NCBI RefSeq assembly: GCF_018977255.1
Contig: NW_024704742.1
Location: 89,654,001 to 89,718,000 of the forward strand
Source of the DNA: Callorhinchus milii
Taxonomy: Eukaryota
DNA: 64,000 nt
Direction: 5' to 3'
A program made the position numbers and the translations under genes. The notes beneath the pieces are model-generated. The model ran no database searches. It was given only the letters and a program-made list of their open reading frames with translations, and was not told where the DNA came from. Numbering within the stretch: the stretch's first letter is position 1; each line of letters begins with the position of its first letter. Shown piece by piece: positions 36,858 to 49,438 of the stretch.

Positions 36858-37160
36858 ATACTGTAAAGTGAATTGAGTGTATATTTTGTGAGCGAAACAT
36901 GGCAGGCAATTGCACACAGCAGTGTCCCACAAATAGTGATGGATTGAGTGACCAAATTATTACTTATTTATTTTGAAGGGATTGTTACCCCCGGAAAAGC
37001 GATCCACCAATCGACTAACAACCAGGTTCCTACTTACTGCTAGGTGAACAGAGGAGTGTGGAGTAAGGAACCTTCCCAACATCTCGCCCTGTCCTGGAAT
37101 TGAACCCAGGTCCTCTCATTTGTGAGGTGAGTGCTTTAACCATTACACTACAGGACTCCA
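36858..37160 (-). mobile_element. SINE family A, long variant, lacking its 3' tail
   Basis: Head ends CTACAGGACTCCA at 37160; the body stops at ATACTGTAAAG. Confidence 0.9.
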
Positions 37161-39112
37161 TTAGGAATAAATTCCAGTAAACTCCTGGTTCAGATTGGTA
37201 TTAACTGGAAATAAACACGAGTAACTAATAGCATTGAAAAGAGAATCTAAATCCTCCATATGCAGTGGCATGATATTACAAAGTTGCAACCTGTTTTAAA
37301 CTGTTAATAGGGTGGGTGGATCATGGGACTGATTCAAAGACTGATGTAATTCCTTGGTGACAATTGCTGATTGATCTCTTTCATTGCTTGACACGAATGA
37401 AGCAAGTGTTTTCCAGGAATGATTGGTTTACTTAAAAGACCTGAGAAATATTGCTTCTAAGTAAAGACTTAGACATCCTTCTGATATGAAAGATGGTATG
37501 TAAATTGCATTGTTAATGAATTCTAAAAATGTCCAAGATTCTGCATTATCTTAAAATTTTACAACCGCAGTCTCTGACCATGAGCAATGTTTGGGAACCC
37601 AGATGACTGCCTGAGGAGATCACAGTTAGTCATGTTGTCAGGGTAGAATTAAGCTTTGTTATACATACCCTTATATGGATTTGTATTCAGATCTAGTGAA
37701 ACTGTAGTCTTGTTTACTATTTGTGAAGAACTCTTGCTGAAACAGCTGGAGTAACCACCCCAAATAATCTTTAAAGCCATTCTGCAAACGACTTACCCGC
37801 TGAATGCTCAAATGCAAATACAAACCAAAATAAATGAAATGAACAGCTCTGACAACCATAAATCAACAATTCCTCCATATAGTCCACTGTCTATTACGAA
37901 ACATTAAATAAAATTGCCGAAAGAATTACCAGTTTCTAAGCGTGCGATTAAAATTGTACATTTATCTCTATAGATTTCCTTCAAAAGCACTTTTGGTGTC
38001 TGTGGAAGTTATTGGGCAACTCACTATCACTGATAAATGAGTTGTGAGGGTTTGAAAAGCACAATGCCAAATGACAAGTTGGGTAATGTGGAGGAATCAA
38101 CCTTGTCCCAGTTCTGTCACTTCAACCATCACACCGTCGGTGCAATTCAAGTATTATTTCCAATTACTGCCTTAGAACGGTACCAGTCGAAGTGTAATTA
38201 TCAGTAAAGTGTGAATAACATTGTACAGTGTAGAAACAAAGAGTGAAGTATAGAATTTAAGATGTCTGGACGCCACCTTAAACAGCACATTCGGCAATTT
38301 AAATTCTCAACTCATTTCTGGTGTGTGTGTTTGGGGTGGGATGGGGTACTATAATTGGCAGCATAGCTTTACTTCTGTCTTGTAAAAGTTACCTATGCCA
38401 GTAATCAACAGTCTTGACTACATTATAAGCATCCAATGTATGACTATATAGGTTTGACTGCCAACTCCTCGGCAATCAAGTTGTGAACATCAGGAGTGGG
38501 ATATCAATTATATCAGTATAATTTTTCTGTTTTGAACCACATTTTACACATTAAACTAGTAAAGAATTATGTAAAGTTGATCAGATGTAGAGGTGAAAGA
38601 GGTGGGTTTAATTCCAGTGCAGCTGCAGGCATTGAGAGCACTGATTACTTCTAATGTTGTATGATGTGGGTTCGGAATATTTTTACTTTGAAGATTTTCT
38701 TTCAACGCATTTTCAAAGGGAAGAAGTGATTAGAATACATTTTCGAGCCTAGGGAAAATTTGCTCCAAATCATCATCCAGTGACTCTACTGGCAAAGTCC
38801 ATATGTGCCACACTGGGTGAGCACGAGATCTGGCTCAGCTGTGACAGCTCAATGCTAGAACAATACATTGGAAACCAACACAGAGAGCTCCTAATTGCAA
38901 ATGAATGCCAAGAAAGCAGGTTGTTATCTCCATTGTGCATTGCACTTGAGTAGTGTTTTACCTCATGGTCTACTACATACTCATGAAAAACAACCACTCT
39001 GGTTTCTTCCAACGTCTCCCCACCCTCCACCATAGAAATTCCAGTGTATGTGTATGTAAAATTGTATGAAACGTCAACGTCATAAGAGAGTGTAATCATG
39101 GAGGAGCTAGTG

Positions 39113-39497
39113 TTTTGGTCAGTCAAGTATTTGACATATGTAAAAGCCCATCGCCGTGCTTAAGTGTATCCTAACCAGACTGAGAGTACTATTTATACCA
39201 CCTACACATGGAAATTCCTGTGTCTGGAATAAAATGTGCACTCTCTCCCAAGGGACATATCCTGCGTATTTAATTCCGGAGAGTATTAGGTGCAGGTTGA
39301 CAAGAGCCAAGGCTTGGGGACCTCAGTGTTGACCCCAGAATCATCTAGTTTTCTATTGAGATACATTGTCTGGCAAGCATCCCTCTGCTTGTCCAGCTAA
39401 GTCCTCCTATCATTAGAGCTTTGGCTTGCAAGCCCCTCCAAGTCCTATGGATAAACTAGGCTGGGTGATCTGGCATCAGCAGTGGCCTGGAGTACCA
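39113..39497 (-). mobile_element. RTE/RTEX-like element 3' UTR fragment
   Basis: Begins TTTTGGTCAGTC (reverse complement of the GACTGACCAAAA terminus) and aligns with about 41105-41570, with internal gaps. Confidence 0.7.
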
Positions 39498-39709
39498 CGT
39501 GTTTGCCTGGCTCGGGAACAAAAAATATAATGTTGTGTGACCACACCAATTAAATATGATATTTCTTATACGTAAAATATATTTCATAGAAACCCATCAG
39601 CCACAAACATGGAGAGCTCCTAATGATAAATACATTCCAAGCAAGCAGGTATCTTCAAGTTATCTCCAAGATGGTTCCTTCTCCTGGGTGAGTGTGCTGA
39701 CCTCTCCTT

Positions 39710-39966
39710 ATAATAATACTTGCCTTTGATATACAGTATTGTCTTATCTCATCAAAACATCTCAAAGGGCTTCACAGAGTTTTTCTGTAAAGTGTACACT
39801 CTGTGTCTTTGTAAGTGGATTGGCAGCCAATTTCCACACAACAGTGTCCCACCAAAAAACATAAAGTGAATGACCAATTTTATGTGGAATATTAATAGCC
39901 GGGACACTGAGAAAAAATCTGTCTCTTTTCGAATAGTGCCGTGGAATTTTGAATGTCCACCTGAAG
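39710..39966 (-). mobile_element. SINE family B, partial
   Basis: Shared tail plus CTCTTTTCGAATAGTGCCGTGG...GTCCACCTGAA. Confidence 0.8.
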
Positions 39967-40178
39967 GGGTCGTGGCACATCCATTTAATATCTTATCCAA
40001 AAATCACATGAGTGTGTGTGTGGGTGTGCAAGTGTGTGTTGAGTGTGAATATGTATGGGATCGATCTCTCATGCATCAATGTGCATTTGACGCGCTTACC
40101 AAATATACCGCTCTATTGATCTTAAAATTTCAAATGATGCCTCACCAGCAATCTAGACAAGACTGAAATCATTTGTTT

Positions 40179-40285
40179 TTACTTGTAGTCCAGGCCCCTT
40201 GAGATGTCACCTAGTATTTGATTAGCTTTGCTGCTAACAGCTTCATATTGACTGGAAATGCTGAGTAAGCAATCAATCATCGTGC
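40179..40285 (-). mobile_element. Old CR1 ORF2 fragment
   Basis: SSQYEAVSSKANQILGDISRGLDYK resembles the CR1 KAN.MLG.I.RG motif. Confidence 0.6.
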
Positions 40286-40419
40286 GCAAAACCTTTTCCT
40301 TCATTTTTGCTAATGCACTCGCTTGCATTGTGGAAAGCTTAACTTCTAAATATTTGAACACAGTGCGGATCTATTAAGTCTCCACTCTGAAAGCAAATTT
40401 TAAGAAGTGATTCTGAAAA

Positions 40420-41570
40420 CTCTCGTTCCATATATCAATAGCTTTAAAACAAATGATTGTAGACACAGACTTTTCAGCAAAGAATATTTCTGGCCCCCTC
40501 CTCCCCCCCGCAACAGCTTGTGGCAGCTTGTACACTGTGTGCAAACAGTCCTCCTTTACGGATCTGAATTCCTGGGGATGAAGTGGAGAAGCTTCCTCCG
40601 ACCCATCCACGATCAAGCAGTCAGGTGGATTTATAGCAAACACTGGGGAATGACAGCTGCTGGAAGGCATTACCTGGAATACAATTTGTGAACACACTTT
40701 CTTACATCCAGCGCCTGGAATCCACTTTGATTGGCCTGCAGGGAGGTAAGCAGCTGCTGCATAAACTCCGCACCTTGAATTGGTGGAACCATCGCTCATT
40801 GGGAAGGGATGTATGTCTGAGTTGCAGACAGGAAGATGATGACAATGCTCTCACACATTTCATGCTGAGATGAGTTGCCCACTTGAAAGCTCGCAGGGAG
40901 TTCCTTGTACCTAAGATCCACCTAGTGAGGGCTCAAACCTGCACTTGTCAGATGTCGAACAACCAACTAGTGTCTATCCTCCTTGGGGTGGAGGTAAGAG
41001 TTGAACTGGCACCAAGGTGACATGCCTGGCAATGGAATGTCAGAATCGAGCCAGCCCTCTGTGGCAGGCTCGGTAGTCTGGCTCCTGAGCCTGGCGGATC
41101 TGCAGTATTCCAGGGCACTGCTGATGACAGCACAGCCAGCCTGGCTCATCGGCAGAACCTGGAAGGGCAGACCAGTCACTAGCAGCAGGGAGTTATTCCA
41201 CTCAGCTACTGTTAACTCTGTAAGCCAAAGCCCTAATAGATGAAGTGGTCCTAGCTGGATAAGCAGCGGGAAAGCTAGCCAGACAGCACTATCAATGGCA
41301 AGCGATGCGGTTTCAGCTGGTTAGACTCCACCAGTACCCAACGCACTCTCTGGGGTCACCACATCTTGGCTCTTGCCAACCTGTGTCTAATACTTTCTGG
41401 AATTAGATAAGCAGGATGCATCCCTCCAGGGAGAGAATGCGTATTCCATGCCAACAATCTATTTCTGGATTTCCCATGTGTAGGTGGGATGCATGATGTT
41501 CTCAGCTTGGTTTTGATATTAAGCATGGTAATGGGTTTCCGCGTGTGTTAGACGCCTGACTGACCAAAAA
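40420..41570 (+). mobile_element. RTE/RTEX-like non-LTR retrotransposon remnant: degenerate ORF2 C-terminus plus about 550-bp 3' UTR
   Basis: VLLYGSEFLG motif and CLSC...D...HFMLR zinc-knuckle-like remnant; downstream sequence shared with four other copies. Clade assignment is from motif recall only. Confidence 0.55.
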
Positions 41571-42631
41571 ACACAGAATATCGCCTGCAAAACAAGTTCC
41601 CTCCTTATTCCTTGACCAACCACACCTACTGTCACTTTCCCTTCCTCCCTTGCTCAACATCTGACACTATCTCTGTGAAGTGCTCTGAGATGAAGAGCCC
41701 TACCTAAATACAAGTTGCTTCTGTATTCTGTCAAGTGGTCCAATTTTCTAAGGCTTTTTAATGACAATAATCATTGTGATTGATACAGTACCTTTCACAA
41801 TTCAACATACTTGTAAAATGTAATGGCTGTATATTTTGTAGGTGAACATGACAGACATGTCACAGCGATACACCACAAACAGCAATGAAATGAATAACCA
41901 ATTTTATCTGGAGAATTATTGGGTGGGACACCCAATTATTGGGTGGGAAATGGATTTAATAAGATGAACCAAGCTTCCCCGTTTCTGCAGGAAAACCTAG
42001 AAATATTTTTTAAATAATAGGTGATCGCAACAGTCAATTGCAGCCTCTCGAAGCTCCTCAGTCAAACCCTTTCTAAATTGTAATTTATTCTTCAAGGATG
42101 TTCCAAGTGGGAAGCAAGATAATGATACAAAGTGATTCTTGTACTGTTGGCAAAAGGAATATACAAAGGCAAATGATAATAAATCAGCAATAACACTTGT
42201 GGAGGTCTGTTGACCTTAGATCTATGAAGTCTTGGATACGGCTGGCTCATTCAGTAGCACTCCCATCTCTGAGTGGAGCCATTCTTTGCATGAGACACTC
42301 CAGTGCAATACTGGTGGGAGAGCTGAACTGTCACTGCCTTCACCTACACTTTATAGTAAATCTTGTGAAGCACTTTGAAGAATTTCAAATTAAGGTGTTC
42401 TTTCAAATGCAAGAATTATTATTTTAGGATTATAAAATATGAACACCTGGTTGTGTGAGATGATGAACCAGGCTGCCTTGTCCACCATCAAACTAGTGCC
42501 CTGGATTACTGCAGACAACACTGGCTTGGGAACTGGACTCCTGAGACCGGCACAGAGGATTGACTTAATTGCAATGTTCCATTTCCAGAAGAGTCACCTG
42601 GGATCCAAATCAGCCCCAAAGGTTCCACTTT

Positions 42632-42945
42632 GTGGAGTCCTGTAGCTCAGTGGTTAGAGCACTCGCCTCGCAAACAAGAGACCTGGGTTCAATTACTGGC
42701 AGGACGAAACCTTGGGCAACTTTCCTTTTCCACACGCCTGATAATAATCCCTCAAGAAGAAAAAAAAATTAATAATTTGGTCACTCAATCCACGACTGTT
42801 TGTGGGACACTGCTGTGTGCAATTGGCTGCCACATTTCCCCACAAAATATACAGTTAATTCACTTTACAGTATATTCTATGAAGCGCTTTGAGATGTATT
42901 GAAAATTTGAAAAGCGCTATATCAAACGCAACAATTATTATTATT
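42632..42945 (+). mobile_element. SINE family A, short variant
   Basis: Full head, body and AT-rich tail. Confidence 0.92.
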
Positions 42946-43261
42946 TTTAATATTATTACTATTAATATTATTATTCCCACCCCACCCCCACCCCAGCGGG
43001 TAATCACTAGTTGACCATAAAACATCCAGCAAGCACAAGATTCATTCCTCGATAAGTGGATATGAAGTTCCAGGAATTCCTTGAAGCCAGTTGGTGAGAG
43101 GCACTGTGCTCTGTCTGCAGACCATGTCTTTTGGAAAAGACTGATTACTTTTGGTGGTTGTGTTCCTGTCAATCACGAGTCTGGCACACTTTTTGCTACC
43201 CTGACAGATCAATAATTTTTTCCTGTCAGCTACATGTCCTTTCAGATACAAGTCATACAAA

Positions 43262-43662
43262 AGAATTGCAATTTTTATAGCGCCTCATAGCGTCAACATA
43301 ACTCAAAGGCCTTCACACGTAATTACTGTCAAGTGTAGACAGTGTTCTTTTTGGCAATCGTGTCAGCCATTTTGGTCCACGCGGCCCCAAAAACAACTAT
43401 GAGTTGAATGACCAATTAATTTGGACATCGGGAGAAATCCTCTTTTCTCTTTCAATTGTCTAAAAAGATCTTTAACATCCACTGGAGGAAGGGAAATATG
43501 GTACCTTAGTTTAATACCTTAACCGAAAGATACACTTTGACAATGCAGCACTTTCCCAGACCAGCATTCCCAGTGTGAGTCTGAACTATGAGCTGAATTC
43601 CCAGTATGGGCTTTGAACCCACAACCTTCTGATCTAGAGGCAAGACTGCTACCGATTGAGTG
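43262..43662 (-). mobile_element. SINE family B-related, old copy
   Basis: TTTGAACCCACAACCTTCTGA head and AAAAGATCTTTAACATCCAC body; the tail differs (TTGCAATTTTTATAGCGCC). Confidence 0.7.
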
Positions 43663-43684
43663 AAACAATGCCAGCAAAAGTGAA

Positions 43685-44168
43685 CAAGACACAGACACCC
43701 ACACAAACAGCAACACAAACAGAAATAGCAGCACAAACAGCGACAAACATACCAAGCCACACAGATATAGTTACATTCATACACAGCCTCACACACACAC
43801 ACAGTGACACCCATACATAGCCTCCCATGTGCAAAACACACATAGTGATACCCTCACACAGCCTCCCACACACACACAGCCTCCCACACACACAGCCTCC
43901 CACACGCATACACATAGTGACACCCACACAGTCTTTCAAACGCGCACATATAATGACACCCACACACAGCCTCCCACACGCACACAACCTCCCACACACA
44001 CACAAGTAATTATACCCTCACACAACCTGCCACACATACAAAGTGACTCCCAAACACAACACATCACACACACAGTGACACAGATGCACACCTGTAGGCA
44101 CACATACATACCCAGACATCCACATCCATGGAAACCTCCCACACACACACACACACAGCCACACCACA
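43685..44168. repeat. CA-rich degenerate minisatellite (CACACAGCCTCCCACACA-like units)
   Basis: Read directly; explains the T/H-rich and C/V-rich ORFs. Confidence 0.95.
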
Positions 44169-45315
44169 ATCTGACCACCAGCTTGCTCTCCTCCACCATG
44201 CCTGATGAGCAGCTTCCACAGTGCAGCTCGAAACTCTGCAATGTTGTTACGTCTATCAATTGCGCAATGAAAAGAAGCCGTCATTTAATAAATAAGGAAG
44301 AGGAAGAAAAGCATGGATTTAGAATAAGAGTTGGCCGGCATTTTAACCCTCACACTCCTGGGCAGATCCAAAGCCCCCACTTTCATGGGCCGAGCTGTTC
44401 TGAAATTACAGACACTTAAACAACAGCTCATAAAACAGAAACAAAGTTAATTAAACACCACAAAGAGAGTAGNTTTTTTTCCTAAGTGCAATATTGAACG
44501 TACCTACCTGGAAAAATCTAGATACAATAAAAATGAAACAATCTTAACACATTATTTGTAGTCACCTTAACATTGCCTTTACTTCCATTTCTTTTACTCT
44601 GTATTCTCTCTATCCTTTTTTAATTAACCTTCACGTCTTACTATTTCCTAGCTAGAATTTTATTCCTGGTAGAATTCCTAGTAGAATTTTATTCTAATAA
44701 TTTCAATCATTTGTAGTTTTGAAAGCTCGCGTTTACTGTTATTTTTCTATCTTCCAATTCCTGTAACCACCTTTAGAAGGTGAGAATGATTTTATGAAAA
44801 CATTTACCGACTGGTTTTCCAACTGATGAAAACATTTCACTTCATGACTGTTTATGGGACATTCCTGTGTGCTCACACTGATGCTGTGGACGACTGCCAA
44901 AATACACAATAAACACATTTTGCAGTGAAAATCCTGTGAAGCCGTTTGAGATGTCCTCTTGATGTGAAAGGCGTTGTATCAAATGTCAGGATTATCATAA
45001 AACTGGACCACTTAAGATAGCTAAGGCTTTAAATATCATACAAATTTGCATTTATATAGAGCTATTCATGTCGGGAAAACGTCTCAAGACGCTTATCAGT
45101 TCTGGCTTGGCACCCGATATCATGTGGCTGTGGCTGTGTGTGTGTCTGTTTGCACAAATGTGGATACCTCCGTGGCTGTGTGTTTATTACTGTGTGTCTC
45201 TATGTCGCTGTTTGTATATGTGGATGTTACATGTACATGTTACCTTGGACAAACATTATGCTGGAGAACTGCTGGCTCACAATGGGATTCTCTGATAGTG
45301 ACCCAAAATAATATT

Positions 45316-45500
45316 AATACTCCTTGCATTTGATAAAGCACCTTATCATCTTGTTGAGATGTCTCAAAGCGTTTTACAGGGTCTAATGTAAAGTGGATTG
45401 ACCGTATTTTATGGGTGAAATGCAACAGCCAGTTTGTGCACAGTAGTGTCCCACAAACAGCCATGGAGTGAGTGACCAATTTTATTTGGGGGATTGTTAC
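45316..45500 (-). mobile_element. SINE family B 3' half
   Basis: Tail plus GTCCCACAAACAGCCATG...TTTATTTGGGGGATTGTT. Confidence 0.75.
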
Positions 45501-45686
45501 GATTGGATGTTTTTGATCCTGTGAACACAAGATGTTTTTTGTTGTTGTTGTGGTTGTTTTTCTTTGGTCACTTCCTGTGAAATTATTGACAAGGATCCTT
45601 GTTACTAGCGGCACACCTTGTGTGATTCCCCGCTCTGATGAACTGGATGTAGACTGCATGTTCCAATGAGTCAGCTATGATGTACT

Positions 45687-46019
45687 TGTCCACAAAGACA
45701 TGTTACTCAATTTTTTTTTCTTCACTGCACTGACCAACAACTGAAACATGTGAAAGAATGACGATAATTCCATTTAGAAGTACTTCATTGTATTCAGTAC
45801 AATGTTTAACTATATTCAGACGTACAGTCGTCCACAGCATCAGTGTGAGCACTATCATTTTCAAGGCAGATAATGATCCATTGCCATGTTTGGTGTAACA
45901 TCTTCCATAATATGATGGAGTGATGAGGTGAAATGCATCTCTGACAGTTTGTTTCAGCTCCTCCATAGTTTCACATTATTGTGTAACAGTGGGGTAACAG
46001 GACTTTGTGGATACCCTGT
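45687..46019 (-). mobile_element. Tc1/mariner-derived MITE, second copy
   Basis: TIRs TGTCCACAAAGACATGTTAC and GTAACAGGACTTTGTGGATACCCTGT; ORF 45703-45966 (-) begins MEELKQTVRDAFHLITPS. Confidence 0.78.
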
Positions 46020-47769
46020 TTTGCCAGTTACCTGCAGGTTCTGAGTTAGCAAACTCAGTATATTGATGTTTAATCATGTTATGAATTGTGGCTTCTTAGA
46101 CCCTAATATTTGCAGAGCTGCCTCTCTATCTAGCAAAGATGTATTAAACTCCTTCCTGCCTTGTGTCCTCCAGGTAATTCACCTGCACCTGTGCTGTTTA
46201 GAACACGTTTGGTTTTATTCACAAACTTCCTCACTGAGCTAACATACTCTGCAGTGTCTCCTTTAACTGTGACTCTTCGACTGCCTCTCATTATACAGAA
46301 TGAGCACTGTGAGAGATACATTGACACAGCAGCTAATGTGTACTGCAGAACAGCCCTCTTACATAATGCACTCAATTTAGTGAGATGCTTACAGCCTTAG
46401 ACATTAGTAAATAGCCTCATTTAGGAATTTTCTTCAATAAGGGGAGCATTAGGGTTTGGACTTGAGACTGATAGAATCCATCTCACTTAATATTGTATCA
46501 TGCAGGATATAAAAGGCTTTCAATCCTATCTATCTGAGCTGGAGTGAAGCCCAAATCCCAGAGGTGAGCAACTATTTAAAATTCAGCTCCGCACTATTTA
46601 ACTGCTTTGCAACAGTACTCATCTCTAAATAGCGCAACTTTAAATTAATTGGTTACCCTGGAATATTATGAATTTACAATACAAGACATGCAGTTAAGTT
46701 TGTAATTAGTTACGAAGCATGTGACGACTGAAAATGCTTATTAAAACCTTTTCACAGAATGTATACTTTGATCTGAAACTGGTAAAATATTTAGATGGGA
46801 CTTCAATTTGTGGAGATGTTTACAGCTGAGCAGTTTGTGCTTCGGGCTACTGACAAGCATCATCAATGCAAGGCTTACTACATCTATTTAGACATCAGCA
46901 GTGGGAATGTCACTAAATATTTTAATGTTCCTCCACTGAAAAAGCAGGGACTGTAATTAACGGCAGCCAAGTGTTGGTTTTAATGCTGAATTTACTGAAA
47001 AGTTAAAAAACTTCTATTCTTGTTGTAACACATCATTAATTAAAGAAAAATCCTGTGTCCCTTCTTGACGTGAGTGATGATGGGTTCGCTGGCTGTCACT
47101 TCAGCAACTCAGAAATGAGACACTCACCAGGCAGGGTGATTACCGCTTTAAATCGAGGAATCCCCACAACATGACGGAGATCACTGATTCACCACACAAA
47201 GAGAATGCAAAGGCCACGCATCTAGTCCCCGCAACATGACAGAGGAGATCATGGATCCACCACACTAAAGAGGGCGAGAATAATCCAACAATAACAACAA
47301 GTTGCATTTATATAGCGTCCTTCATGCTGGACAGCATATCGGAGCACTAAGAGCTGTTATCAAATCCTTGCATTTGATAGCAACATCTTTCACATCAGCA
47401 GAGCGCCTCAAAGCGCTATGTAGGATTTACTGTAAAGTGTAGTGTAACGACTGTATTTTCATAGGCGCTGCATCAACCACTTACAATACAGTACAATGCA
47501 AAATTACATTTGTAAAGCGCCTTTCACATCGGGAGGACATCCCAAGGGGCTGGGACTTATCCAGTTCTCATGACATGACAGAGGTGACAATCATTTACAA
47601 GAAGAGATGACCCTAAATGTAGGACAAAGAGGTTGAGGTGAATTTCTTCTATCAGAGAGTAATAATTTGGAGTGCACCGCTCCAGAAAGCCACAGATGAG
47701 AAATCGATTGAGAGATTCAAGAAAGAGATAAAAAGGACACTGGCAACATAGAAATATTGAAGGATATGG

Positions 47770-48082
47770 TAATAATAATAATAATAATCCTTGCATTTGA
47801 TATAGCGCGTTTCACATCTTCTAGACATCTCAAAGCACTTCACCCAATATAGTGTAAAGTGAATTTACTGTATATTTGTGGGCGAAACACGGCAGCCAAT
47901 TGCACATTGACAATGTCCCACAAATAGTCGTGGATTGAGTGACCAAATTACTATTATTATTTTTTTCCTTGAGGCATTATTATCAGGCATGTGGAGTAAG
48001 GAAACTTGCCTAAGGTTGCCGGGAATTGAACCCAGGTCTCGTTTGCAAGGCGAGTGCTCTAACCACTAAGCTACAGGACTCC
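47770..48082 (-). mobile_element. SINE family A, short variant, inserted in a CR1 3' fragment (about 47590-47770)
   Basis: (AAT)n tail and head ending CTACAGGACTCC. Confidence 0.9.
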
Positions 48083-48277
48083 GAAGCGAAGAAGGGAAAT
48101 GGGGATATATGGAGGTTTGGGGAATGTTTTGTTCCATGTCATGGGTAAAGTTTACTCAGAACCGTACATGATTTCCCCAGTATCAATTTGTTTGCCTCTA
48201 TTTTTTATTCCCGCACCCCCCTTCCACCCTTAAACAACACAAGAGCAGGGGCACTTGCTACATGGAATATGGGATAT

Positions 48278-48476
48278 AGTGAGTGTGTATGTGTGTGAGA
48301 GAGAGTGAGAGAGACAGGGAGAGAGTGTGTGAGAGAGTATGTGAGTGAGAGTATGTGAGTGCGTAGAAAGAGAAAGATAATGTGTGTGAGAGTGACTGAG
48401 AGAGAGAGAGAGAGCAAGTGAATGCGTGTGAAAGAGAGAAAGTCTGTCTGAGAGCGAGCGTGTATTTGTGTAGCGA
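48278..48476. repeat. GA/GT compound microsatellite
   Basis: Read directly. Confidence 0.92.
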
Positions 48477-49204
48477 GAAGTATGCTCGGTGAACACATCA
48501 CTTCCAGTGAGCCAGGCGTCAATCAGGCCCAAGGTCACCTTATGAACCACACATTCACTTCAAGGTGACACCCTGTTTGCACATTCGGAACTATGCAAAT
48601 GCGTGTTAGAGCATAGGCCAGAGCACCTCCTCTCACTGACAGGTGGTGCAATACAGGAACCACACGATGCATTCAAGGTGACTCTGAACCAGAACAGTTA
48701 ATACAATACAAAATTACATTTATATTGCGCCTTTCACGTTGGGAGGACGTTCCAAAGCGCTGGGTCATCAATTGATGGGATGTCAATTAAGACTTATCGA
48801 AAGGGCACAATGACTATCTCACTGTGGCCAGAAGTGAGGAGGTTCTGGAGAAAGTACAGACAGAGATGATCAAATGCTGGGTGGAAAATGATGGCTCCGA
48901 GCTGCTGGACCTTAAAAATATCATGTCAAAAATGCAGTCGGTCAAGGATAAATAATGTAAGATGTGATGTTAGACAGAAGTAAAGGTTTGCTGAATACTC
49001 GATACTTTGTAACTCGTGGTCGCAGTATTGCAGTAAGGAACTCATTTAATTTCATCACGAAACTGAGCTTGCACACAATGATCGTGAATGCATATGAGTT
49101 GAAGGGAATTGCTTCTCCATGAGTTGGAGGGGAGAGAAAAGGGGGAATAATATGAAGATGTCTGACTCTGTTCTGCTGGCCCATTCCTCTCAGTGGAGTT
49201 CAAT

Positions 49205-49438
49205 GTGCTTTTAGCTGGTTAAACACTAGCAGTGCCCCAACCACACTCTGGGATCCTCAAGACTTGATAATTGTCAACCTACTCCCCAGATTAGTTAAGC
49301 GGGTGAGTCCTTGCAGAGAGAGAGTAAGTATTCTATTCCAGACACAGGGAATCTTCCATATGGAGGTCAGATACACAGAACTCTCAGTCTGTTTGGATAC
49401 TTTTAAGCATGGTGATGGGTTTTCTCATATGTTAGACA
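49205..49438 (+). mobile_element. RTE/RTEX-like element 3' UTR fragment
   Basis: TTAGCTGGTTA...TTCCAGACACAGGGAAT...TTAAGCATGGTGATGGGTTT matches about 41310-41552. Confidence 0.65.

Noticed and set aside
41118..41155. CTGATGA in the RTE-like UTR as hammerhead, C/D box or SECIS
   Set aside because: It is sequestered in a Watson-Crick stem, with no correctly placed GAAA, D box or tandem G-A quartet.
43506..44419. Long T/H/P-rich and C/V-rich ORFs
   Set aside because: Translations of the CA-rich minisatellite.
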